NCBI GenBank assembly: GCA_903885855.1
Contig: CAISKG010000486.1
Span: 1 to 35,043, forward strand
Origin: an uncultured Planctomycetaceae bacterium
GTDB taxonomy: Bacteria; Planctomycetota; Planctomycetia; Pirellulales; UBA1268
DNA length: 35,043 nt
Reading direction: 5' to 3'
Position 1 is the stretch's first letter. Each line of letters begins with the position of its first letter. A model generated the notes under the pieces. It saw only the letters and a program-made list of their open reading frames with translations. It did not search any database and was not told where the DNA came from. This document shows, piece after piece, positions 23,334-31,312 of this stretch. The translations under genes were made by a program, and so were the position numbers.

Positions 23334-23377
23334 ACCCTACCATCAGCCGCGGTCGATCAGCAACGAACGGCTACAAT
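23334..23377. promoter_or_regulatory. Putative back-to-back -10 elements for carB (TG-G-TAGGGT, - strand) and ahpD (TACAAT, + strand)
   Basis: AT-richer patch in the divergent intergenic region; no clear -35 boxes. Confidence 0.35.
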
Positions 23378-23423
23378 TCCCGACTCCCGCGCGTGTCGCG
23401 CTCCCCCGGACTGCGGAGGCCCC

Positions 23424-23963
23424 ATGTCGATCCCCACGCCCGCCCTCGACGCCCTGCGCGACTCGCTCCCGGACGATCTCAAGGACATCCGCCTCAATCT
23501 GTCGAGCGTCCTGGCCGGGGAGACCCTCTCGCCGGCCCAGGCGCTGGGCACGGCCCTGGCCTCGGCCCGCTTCCTCCGCGCGGGGCGGCTGGTGGAGGCG
23601 CTCGAGAGCGACGCCCGGGGGGCGCTCGGGGACGGGGCCGGCGCGGTGCTCGCCGACGCCGTGGCCGCCTCCGGGCTGATGGCGATGAACACCGTCTACT
23701 ACCGCTTCCGCCACATGGTGGGCAAGGAGAGCTACGCCGCCCGGGCGCCGCGGCTGCGGATGAGCCGCATGATCCAGCCAGCCACCGGCAAGCTCGACTT
23801 CGAGCTCATGAGCCTGGCCTGCGCCGCCCTGGCGGGCTGCGAGGTCTGCATCCAGAACCACGAGAAGAGCCTCCTCCACGAGGGCGCGAGCGAGGACGCC
23901 TGCCACGACGCCGTGCGCGTGGCGGCGGTGGTCGCGGCCGCCGCCTGCGGTCTCTCGGCATGA
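23424..23963 (+). CDS. ahpD: Alkyl hydroperoxide reductase AhpD
   Basis: LPDDLKDIRLNLSS, MAMNTVYYRFRH, LRM and FELMSLACAALAGCEVCIQNHE (CxxC plus His/Glu relay). GGAGG RBS upstream. Confidence 0.92.
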   Translation: MSIPTPALDALRDSLPDDLKDIRLNLSSVLAGETLSPAQALGTALASARFLRAGRLVEALESDARGALGDGAGAVLADAVAASGLMAMNTVYYRFRHMVGKESYAARAPRLRMSRMIQPATGKLDFELMSLACAALAGCEVCIQNHEKSLLHEGASEDACHDAVRVAAVVAAAACGLSA

Positions 23964-25249
23964 GCCGGCCGGCTCCGCCGAGCCGCGCGGCGAGCCCCCG
24001 GCGACGGCTCCTGGTGCTGCTCCTCGTGCCCGGGCTCGTCGCGGCCGAATCCGCCACGCCCGCCGGGCCCGAGGCCGGGGGTCGGCCCGCCGAGGTGCGG
24101 CTGCAGATCCTCAACCGCGCGCCCGAGACCGCCACGGTGTCGCAGCTCGGCGCCGGCCGCCCGCCGGCACCGGCCGCCACGATCCCCGCCGGCGGGCAGG
24201 TGATCCTCCCCGCCGAGGCGGGGACGGAGTTCGTGATCGTCGGCGCGACCACCGGCCTCGAGGAGCGCGTCGCCGCGCGGCTGCCGGTGCAGGCCTTCGT
24301 CTTCCGGCCCGATCCGGCTCCTCCCGCGGGCGTGGAGGCCGATCCCGAAGGGCGCGTCGTCCCTCCGCCGGCGGCGCTGAAGGTCGATCCGTTCCACGCC
24401 AAGTGCACCACCGCCGGCGGCTTCCCCATCGTGGCCTCGGCCCGCGTCAGCGACTTCGCGCTCCTCGAGGCCGCCCACCTCGTCGACGCCCTGCTCGCGG
24501 CGCGCCCCGACGTGCGGCGGGCGCTGGTCGAATCGGGCACGCGGCTGTGCATCCTCGGCCACGACGAATACACGACCGACCTGCCGGAGTTCGCCTTCCT
24601 GGCCGAGGGCGCGCCGGAGGGCTTCCCGGGCCTCTCGGGGCGCGACTACTGGGACGCCCGGGCGCGGGGCACCGGGGGGAGCGCCACCGACCCCTACTGC
24701 TCCTGCGGCGAGGAGAATCTCCTCGGCTACGAGGGCGATCCGTACGCCGCGGAGTGCGTGCTGATCCACGAGTTCGCCCACGCCGTCCACCTCCGCGGCA
24801 TGGCCAACGTCGACCCCTCCTTCGACGCCCGGCTGCGGGCGGCCTACGACGCGGCCCTGCGCGAGGGACTCTGGAAGGGCACCTACGCGTCGGTGAACCA
24901 CCACGAGTACTTCGCCGAGGGGGTGCAGAGCTGGTTCGATGACAACCGGGTCGACGACCACGACCACAACCACGTCCATCGGCGGAGCCAGCTCGTCGAG
25001 TACGACCCCCGCCTCGCGGCCCTCTGCCGGGAGGTCTTCGGCGACGCCGAGCTCCGCTACACCAAGCCCGCCACGCGGCTCTCGGGCCACCTCGCCGGCT
25101 ATGATCCCGCGACCGCCCCGCGCTTCGCGTGGCCGGCCAGGCTCGCGGAGGCGCAGGCCCGTATCCTGCGGCACGCGCAGGATCGCTCCCGCGACGCCGG
25201 CCCGCGCCCCGGCCCCCCGGAGGATGACGATGCCCACGCCCCCCGCTGA
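23960..25249 (+). CDS. Secreted zinc metalloprotease-like protein (HExxH; anthrax lethal factor/Pro-Pro endopeptidase-like catalytic region)
   Basis: Signal peptide; RARGTGG, CGEENLL, LIHEFAHAVH and YASVNHHEYFAEGVQSWF. The ATG overlaps the ahpD stop. Confidence 0.8.
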   Translation: MSRPAPPSRAASPRRRLLVLLLVPGLVAAESATPAGPEAGGRPAEVRLQILNRAPETATVSQLGAGRPPAPAATIPAGGQVILPAEAGTEFVIVGATTGLEERVAARLPVQAFVFRPDPAPPAGVEADPEGRVVPPPAALKVDPFHAKCTTAGGFPIVASARVSDFALLEAAHLVDALLAARPDVRRALVESGTRLCILGHDEYTTDLPEFAFLAEGAPEGFPGLSGRDYWDARARGTGGSATDPYCSCGEENLLGYEGDPYAAECVLIHEFAHAVHLRGMANVDPSFDARLRAAYDAALREGLWKGTYASVNHHEYFAEGVQSWFDDNRVDDHDHNHVHRRSQLVEYDPRLAALCREVFGDAELRYTKPATRLSGHLAGYDPATAPRFAWPARLAEAQARILRHAQDRSRDAGPRPGPPEDDDAHAPR

Positions 25250-26582
25250 AGAGCCCGCGTCGCGCCGGCCGGGCCGGACCGTCGAGGAGATCCTCGCCGA
25301 CGCCGGCGAGGAGGCGAGGGGGGCGCTGCGCGTCCTGGGGGAGCTGGTGGGCAACGAGCCGCCGGGGGTGGCCGGACCGGTCCCCTTCGCCGCCCGGCAC
25401 CTCGGCGTCGATCCGCTCGCCGTCGCCGCCACGCGCTACACCGGGCCCGCCTCGGCCCTGGCCGTGCTCGGCAACCTGATGCGCCTCGAGATGGAACGCC
25501 ACGGCGCGGCGGTGGCGATCGGCTCGCCCGGCGAGGGGGCCCCACCGGCGTGGTCGCAGATCGACCTCGGCCTCGACGCCCACGGGCTGCCGCTCGAGGT
25601 CACCGTGCCCGGGAAGATGATCGTCGCCTTCCCCGCCGGGACCATCGCCCCGGTGCCGCTGTGCCTGAAGATCGTCGACACGCCGCAGTGGCAGCGCGAG
25701 TTCACGGTCCTCTCGACCGTGGCCGACAAGCGCGTCGCCGAGGAGACGATGAAACGCCTCCGGGAGCGCGTGTGCGGCGGGGAGAACCCGCTCCGCGGGC
25801 GGGTGCTCCAGGCGAGCGTCGGCGACTGCGGCCTGTCGATCGGCGTCTGCCCCGCCATCGACGCCGGGCGCGAGGGCCTCGTGCTCCCCGACGAGGTGTG
25901 GCGCGAGGTCGACGTCTTCCTCGCCGCCGCCACCACGCGGCGCGACCTGCTGCGGAGCCTCGGCCTGGGCACCAACCGCGGCCTGCTCGTGGCGGGGCCG
26001 CCGGGGGTGGGGAAGACGTACCTGGTGCGCGTGATCGCCGCGGCGCTCGCCGGCCGCTACACGACGATCCTCGCCGACGCCCACGCCATGCGCCACGTGC
26101 TGGCCGAACTGTACGCCGAGGCGGAGACCTTCGGACCCTCGCTCGTGGTCCTCGACGACATCGACCTCGTCCTCGGCCACCGCGACGCCTCGCACGACAA
26201 CGCCCCCCTGGCCGACTTCCTCGCCACGCTCGACGGGGCCCGGCAGCGCCAGGACGTCCTCACCATCGCCACCACGAACGACCCGCAGTCGCTCGACCCG
26301 GCGGCGCAGCGCGCCAACCGCTTCGACACCATCGTCTCCCTCCCCCTTCCCGACGCCGCGACGCGCACCCGGATCCTCGAGCGCCACCTGGGGCCGCTGG
26401 GGCTGCCGATCGACCCGGCCGATCTGGCCGCCGAGCTCGACGGCGCCACCGGCGCCGACGTGCGCGAGGTGGTGCGCCGCGCGGTGCTCGAGCACGGCGC
26501 CACCTTCGACACGGCCCAGCTCGCCGAGATCGTGCGCTCCGGCCGGTGGCGCGCGACGGTCAACCGGCGGAAGTACCTCTGA
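25230..26582 (+). CDS. AAA+ family ATPase with uncharacterised N-terminal domain
   Basis: RGLLVAGPPGVGKT (Walker A), LVVLDDID (Walker B), TTND...LDPAAQRANRFD (SRH) and GATGADVRE. GGAGG lies 6 nt before ATG 25230. Confidence 0.88.
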   Translation: MPTPPAEEPASRRPGRTVEEILADAGEEARGALRVLGELVGNEPPGVAGPVPFAARHLGVDPLAVAATRYTGPASALAVLGNLMRLEMERHGAAVAIGSPGEGAPPAWSQIDLGLDAHGLPLEVTVPGKMIVAFPAGTIAPVPLCLKIVDTPQWQREFTVLSTVADKRVAEETMKRLRERVCGGENPLRGRVLQASVGDCGLSIGVCPAIDAGREGLVLPDEVWREVDVFLAAATTRRDLLRSLGLGTNRGLLVAGPPGVGKTYLVRVIAAALAGRYTTILADAHAMRHVLAELYAEAETFGPSLVVLDDIDLVLGHRDASHDNAPLADFLATLDGARQRQDVLTIATTNDPQSLDPAAQRANRFDTIVSLPLPDAATRTRILERHLGPLGLPIDPADLAAELDGATGADVREVVRRAVLEHGATFDTAQLAEIVRSGRWRATVNRRKYL

Positions 26583-27819
26583 GCGCGCCGGTCGCGGTGG
26601 CGCGGATCTCGGCGTCGAGGAGGACGAGCGTCCCCTCCCGGGCCTCGAGGGTGGCCGGGATGCCCGCCGGCAGGCCGACGTGATCGTGGGGCCCGAGCGC
26701 CGTCTCCTCCCCCGCCACCACGAGCCGCCCCGTGCCGGCCACCACCGACACCGCGCGGAAGCGCTCCGGATGGACCGTCGTCGGCCGGCCGGCGACGACG
26801 CGCTCGATCGAGAGCTCGATCCCCCCCGTGCCGCCGCGGTCGGTGCGCTCCGCCGGCACGAGCGTGCGCCGCGCGGCACCGGCGCCGGAGAGGGTGCGGG
26901 CGATCTCGCGCTCGAGGAACACGGTGCCGTTGAGCTCTGGGGCGTCCGGGGGGACGTCGCCGAGCAACCCCGGATCGGCCGGATCGGACTCGACGTCGAG
27001 GAACACGCCCCACCCCCCGCGCCGCAGCGAGCCGAACACGAACGGCACGTGGTGCATCCCGGGGCCGACGTTCACGTAGCCGTGCCGCGTCCCCGGCGGG
27101 ATCGGCATCGCGTAGCCCTCGGTGACGACGGCGGCGCGGTCGCCGAGGACGGTGCGGCCGTTGAGCGGCGAATAGCCGAGGTGGATCTCCACCCCCTCGC
27201 GATGGCGGTGGAAGGGGACGTCGGACCGCTGGCCGTCGAGCCAGGCGAGATTCCAGGAGTGGTCGTCGCCGTAGACGAGGGGCACGATGCCGATCCCGAG
27301 CGCCGGCACGCGGAAGGATCCCTGCGGCGGCGCCGCGGTGTCGCGCGTGGGCGACAGGCCGTTTCCCGCCGTGATCGCCTCCATCTGGGCCACGAACCGG
27401 GCCCGGATGGTCGCCAGCGCCGCGTCGGCGCCGTCGCGGCCCGCGGCGTCGAGCGCGGCCAGGACGCGGGCCACGCCCATGGCGTAGGGGCGGAAGGTGG
27501 CGAGCAGGACGCGCTCGTCCCGCTCCACGGCGAGCATCGAGCGATCGGCGAGGTCGGCGAGGCACTCCCGCGCCCGCTCCACCCAGGGGGCCGCGCCCGC
27601 CCCGACCGCGACGCCCCCCAGCGCCTCGCGCGTGGCGTGGAAGGCCCCGATGACGTGCCGGCGGAAGGCGTGGGCGTAGAGCCGCGCCAGGGCCACGTCG
27701 CGCGGCGTCGCGGCGGAGGGATCGCGGCCGCGCGCGTACCCCTCCTCGGCGAGGGCCACGAGACGACGGTAGTTGGGATGGATCCCGAGCGGCTCGCCCG
27801 CCCCGGCCTGCCCGGTCAT
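26560..27819 (-). CDS. Hypothetical protein with helical N-terminal region and cupin domain(s)
   Basis: Cupin metal motifs FHRHREGVEIH and IPPGTRHGYVN; a second degenerate cupin at the C-terminus (VVAGTGRL...LGPHDHVGLPAG). The ATG overlaps the SDR stop. Confidence 0.75.
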   Translation of the reverse strand: MTGQAGAGEPLGIHPNYRRLVALAEEGYARGRDPSAATPRDVALARLYAHAFRRHVIGAFHATREALGGVAVGAGAAPWVERARECLADLADRSMLAVERDERVLLATFRPYAMGVARVLAALDAAGRDGADAALATIRARFVAQMEAITAGNGLSPTRDTAAPPQGSFRVPALGIGIVPLVYGDDHSWNLAWLDGQRSDVPFHRHREGVEIHLGYSPLNGRTVLGDRAAVVTEGYAMPIPPGTRHGYVNVGPGMHHVPFVFGSLRRGGWGVFLDVESDPADPGLLGDVPPDAPELNGTVFLEREIARTLSGAGAARRTLVPAERTDRGGTGGIELSIERVVAGRPTTVHPERFRAVSVVAGTGRLVVAGEETALGPHDHVGLPAGIPATLEAREGTLVLLDAEIRATATGALRGTSAG

Positions 27820-28763
27820 CGTGCCGCCCCCCGCTCCGCGAGCGCCATGCCGATCAGCTCGTCGGCCATCGCCGCCAGGTCGTGGCGCGGCTGCCAGCCC
27901 CAGTCGCGGCGCGCGGCCGCGTCGTCGACGGCGCCGGGCCACGAGGCCAGCACGGCGTCCACCGCGGCGTCGGGGGCGAAGCCGATCTCGGCGCCGGGCA
28001 TGCGGCGGCGGATCTCGGCGGCGATCTCCGCCGGAGTCGTCGTCTGGCCGCCGATGGAGTAGACCCGGCGGGTGAGGGACGCCGCGGGGGCGGCCAGCAG
28101 ACCGGCCAACCCCGCCACCGCGTCGCGCACCGAGACGATCGCCAGCCGGCGGTCGGGGCGCGCCTGGAAGGTGAAGCGCCCGCTCCAGGCGGCCTCGAGG
28201 AAAGCGCGCGACGCCAGGGCGCTGGCCGCCCCGGCCGGGGCGTCGCGCGAGACGGTGATCGGCAGGCGGATGCAGCGGAAGTCGAGGCCGTAGCGGGCGT
28301 GGTAGTAGGTGCCGAGGCGCTCCACCGCCATCTTCGTCACGCCGTAGAGCGTCCCCGGCCACTGGGGCGTGGCGTCGGTGAGCACGTCGTCCGCCCCTCC
28401 CCCCATCGCGGCCACGCTGCTGGTGAAGAGGACGGTCGGCCGGCCGTGCCGCAGACTCGCCTCGAGGATCGCGAACGTGCCGTCCATGTTCACGCGCCAC
28501 GCCCGCGGCCGGTCGGCCTCGCAGCTCGCCGAGAGGAGCGAGGCCAGGTGGACCACGGCCGCGGGGCGGTGGCGGGCGAAGGCCTCCTCGAGGGCCGCGT
28601 CGTCGCAGACGTCGCCCCGCTCGTAGACGGCGCCGGGCCCGACGTCGCCGAGGGGCGCGGGGGCCACGTCGAGGAGCACGACGCGCTCGTACGCCCGCGC
28701 GAGCGAGTGGCTGAGGCGGCAGGCGATGTTGCCCGCGCCGCCGGTGATCAGGCAGGTCGCCAT
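27816..28763 (-). CDS. Extended SDR / NAD-dependent epimerase-dehydratase, L-threonine 3-dehydrogenase-like
   Basis: LITGGAGNIA, HLASLLSA, TSS, LYGVTK (YxxxK), YYHARYGLDFRCIRLP and SWPGAVDDAAARRDWGW. Confidence 0.85.
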   Translation of the reverse strand: MATCLITGGAGNIACRLSHSLARAYERVVLLDVAPAPLGDVGPGAVYERGDVCDDAALEEAFARHRPAAVVHLASLLSASCEADRPRAWRVNMDGTFAILEASLRHGRPTVLFTSSVAAMGGGADDVLTDATPQWPGTLYGVTKMAVERLGTYYHARYGLDFRCIRLPITVSRDAPAGAASALASRAFLEAAWSGRFTFQARPDRRLAIVSVRDAVAGLAGLLAAPAASLTRRVYSIGGQTTTPAEIAAEIRRRMPGAEIGFAPDAAVDAVLASWPGAVDDAAARRDWGWQPRHDLAAMADELIGMALAERGAAR

Positions 28764-28813
28764 GGTGCCCCCCGTTGCCCCGACCGTCCGCGCCGCCCGG
28801 CCCCGCGGCCGGA

Positions 28814-29176
28814 TCACCCCAGCTCGCGGAGGTAGTCGAGGGTGTAGATGCCGCTGGAATGGCCGTCGCTGAATTCGATCCCGTAGGCGTACTGCCCCAC
28901 CGGCCGCATCGCCGTCACCGCCAGCGGCACGAGCTCCTGCGGGGCGAGCACCGGGAGGAGCGCCTTCGGCTTGGGCGCCGCCCGTTCCTCGCGGCAGGTC
29001 GCGCACGGGCAGGCGTCGCGCAGGAGCCGCGGCGGATAGACGCTCCGCAGGCCGTCGCTCCAGCCGATCTCCACGCCGCCGTCGGGACGGCGCGCGAGCG
29101 ACTGCGGAACGACCCCTGCGGCGCGCCCCGCGTTGGGATCCGTGCCGCCCGCCACGCCGGTCGAGCCATCGCTCAT
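28814..29176 (-). CDS. DUF971 / gamma-butyrobetaine hydroxylase-like N-terminal domain protein
   Basis: IGWSDG, LRDACPCATC and VGQYAYGIEFSDGHSSGIYTLDYLR. Confidence 0.9.
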   Translation of the reverse strand: MSDGSTGVAGGTDPNAGRAAGVVPQSLARRPDGGVEIGWSDGLRSVYPPRLLRDACPCATCREERAAPKPKALLPVLAPQELVPLAVTAMRPVGQYAYGIEFSDGHSSGIYTLDYLRELG

Positions 29177-30459
29177 GGTCGTCGCTCCCCTGATCCCCCG
29201 CTCGTGCCCCGGGCGTCGACGACGCGACTCCCCTTCCCCTCGAAGCGCGGCAGCGTGCCCGGCGGAACCACCGCCACGTTGACGCGCAGCCCGAGCCGCA
29301 GATGGAACTCCCGCTCCACGCGCTGCGGGTCCGCCAGGCGGTCCTCGATCTCGAGATCGAGCTCGTCGAGGCTCATCCGCCGCGCCACCGTGAGCCGGTA
29401 TTCCGTCACCTCGGGGAAGCCGCGCACGATGCCGTCCACGGCGCCCGGGAAGACGTTGACGCCGCGCACCACGAGCATGTCGTCGGCGCGCCCCACGATC
29501 CCCCCCGTGAGGCGCACCCAGGGCGGGTCGGCGGCCGAGTCGGCCGGCCACGACGCGCGCACCAGGTCGCCGGTGCGGTAGCGGATCAGGGGCGCACCGG
29601 CGCGGCCGAGCGTGGTGAGCACCAATTCGGCCAGCTCGCCGGCGGCGGCCGGCTGGCCGGTGGATGGCGCGAGAAACTCCGGGTGGAACCAGGGCTCGAG
29701 CACCTCGAGATGGCGGCCGTGCCGGTCCCCCACGCCCCACGGCCCGACTTCGCTCGAGCCGGCGTGATCGAGGACGCGGGCATCCCACTCCAGGCCGATG
29801 CGATCGCGGACCTGGGGGATCGATCCTCCCGGCTCCCCCGCCACGATCACCAGGCGGATCGGCAGCCCGGCGATGTCGATCTTCGCCTGCGCCGCCACCT
29901 CCGCCAGATGCAGCGCGTAGCTCGGCGTGGCCATCAGCACCGTCGCGCGCGTGTCGCAGGCGAGCTGGAGGCGGGCCAGCGACGACATCCCGCCGGTGGG
30001 GATGACCATCGCCCCGCGCTTCTCCGCGCCCTCGAAGCCGCTCCAGAATCCGATGAACGGGCCGAACGACGAGGCGACGAGCACCCGATCGCCCGGCCCG
30101 ACCTCGGCCCGCGCGAGGATCGCGTCCCAGCACTCCAGCCACCAGGCCCAATCGGCGGCGGTGTCGAACACCGGCATGGGACGGCCGTGCGTGCCGCTGG
30201 TGCGGTGGAAGCGCACGTAGTGCTCGGGGGGGAAGGTGAGATTGGCGGGGATGCCCCCCGCGCTGCCGGCGACGAGCTCGGCCTTGGTCGTCAGCGGCCA
30301 GTCGGCGAGTTCGGCGAGCGATGCCGGCCGGGGCACCTCGCCGGCGAACTTCGCCGCGTAGAAGGCGTTGGCGGGAATCACCTCCGCCATCAGCGCGCGC
30401 AGGCGTCGCAGCTTGTGCTCGTCGAGCGCGGCGCGCGTGGCCGGGGCGGATGCCATCAT
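29173..30459 (-). CDS. Phenylacetate-CoA ligase (PaaK)-family adenylate-forming enzyme
   Basis: PLTTKAEL, HRTSGTHGRP, TPSYALHL, AGEPG, GELVLT-like segment, PLIRYRTGD, GRADDMLVVRGVNVFP and LPRFEGK. Confidence 0.9.
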   Translation of the reverse strand: MMASAPATRAALDEHKLRRLRALMAEVIPANAFYAAKFAGEVPRPASLAELADWPLTTKAELVAGSAGGIPANLTFPPEHYVRFHRTSGTHGRPMPVFDTAADWAWWLECWDAILARAEVGPGDRVLVASSFGPFIGFWSGFEGAEKRGAMVIPTGGMSSLARLQLACDTRATVLMATPSYALHLAEVAAQAKIDIAGLPIRLVIVAGEPGGSIPQVRDRIGLEWDARVLDHAGSSEVGPWGVGDRHGRHLEVLEPWFHPEFLAPSTGQPAAAGELAELVLTTLGRAGAPLIRYRTGDLVRASWPADSAADPPWVRLTGGIVGRADDMLVVRGVNVFPGAVDGIVRGFPEVTEYRLTVARRMSLDELDLEIEDRLADPQRVEREFHLRLGLRVNVAVVPPGTLPRFEGKGSRVVDARGTSGGSGERRP

Positions 30460-30465
30460 GCCCGC

Positions 30466-30474
30466 AGTATGGCA
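30466..30474 (-). promoter_or_regulatory. Putative extended -10 (TG-C-CATACT) 6 nt before the PaaK-like ATG
   Basis: Minus strand: TGcCATACTgcgggcATG. Confidence 0.45.
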
Positions 30475-30509
30475 TGACCGGCGGCGGCGGGGCGGCCCCC
30501 GAGCCGCCA

Positions 30510-31124
30510 TCAGAATCCCGACGGCGGCAGTCCGAGGCTCGGCTGGCCCTGTGCGGGGGCGTTCTGGAACGGCGCCTGCAGCGCGGGAGCGGGGAACGCG
30601 AGCGGCCCCTGCGGGGGGGCGGTCGCCGGAGCCGGGCCGCCGCGCCATCCGCCCGGCAGGGAGGGGAGGCCGGGAGGGCCCGCCGTCGGCGGCGGGGGCA
30701 GGCTGCCGGCCGCCAGGCGCACTTGCTGCGCGCGGGCCACGACCGCCTCGGCGGGCTGGGAGTCGGCGGGCGTCATCGCCAGATCGACGACGCGCTCGTC
30801 GCGGATCTCCCACGGCCAGAGGTTCTCCGTGACGAAGTCGAGCGGGAACACCTGGTACCAGGGCATCGGGAACGGCTGCCGGACGGTGAGTGTCTCGAAG
30901 CCGTCCTTGACCAGGCGGATCTTGCGGGTGCCGTAGTAGATGAAGTCGGTCGACACGGGCGTCGAGCCGATCTGGTAGTCGTCCACGTAGACGAGCGCCC
31001 CGGGGGGGCTCGAGCGGATCGTCATCCGCCGCTGCACGCATCCGGAGGCCGCCACGGCGACCACGAGCGCCGCACACAGCGGCAGCAGGGGCCGGGCCGG
31101 AGGAAAGGGGCGGGGGGCAGCCAT
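30510..31124 (-). CDS. PEGA-domain lipoprotein with Pro-rich tail
   Basis: Lipobox ASG-C followed by VQRRMTIRSSPPGALVYVDDYQIGSTP...IRLVKDGFET. Confidence 0.85.
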   Translation of the reverse strand: MAAPRPFPPARPLLPLCAALVVAVAASGCVQRRMTIRSSPPGALVYVDDYQIGSTPVSTDFIYYGTRKIRLVKDGFETLTVRQPFPMPWYQVFPLDFVTENLWPWEIRDERVVDLAMTPADSQPAEAVVARAQQVRLAAGSLPPPPTAGPPGLPSLPGGWRGGPAPATAPPQGPLAFPAPALQAPFQNAPAQGQPSLGLPPSGF

Positions 31125-31312
31125 GGCGGAAACCATAGGGATCGCCCCCCCCTGCCGCCAGACCGGCGGGCGGCCCCGGCGGGCCGCTCCCAAACCCGGC
31201 CCGCGGCAAGGGTTTGCGGTCGCGGCGCGGAAGCGACGCCGCTAGAATCCCGCGTCCGGAGGGCGGCTCGGTCGCCGCCCCGACACCGAGGGTCTTCCGA
31301 GCGATCGACAGC

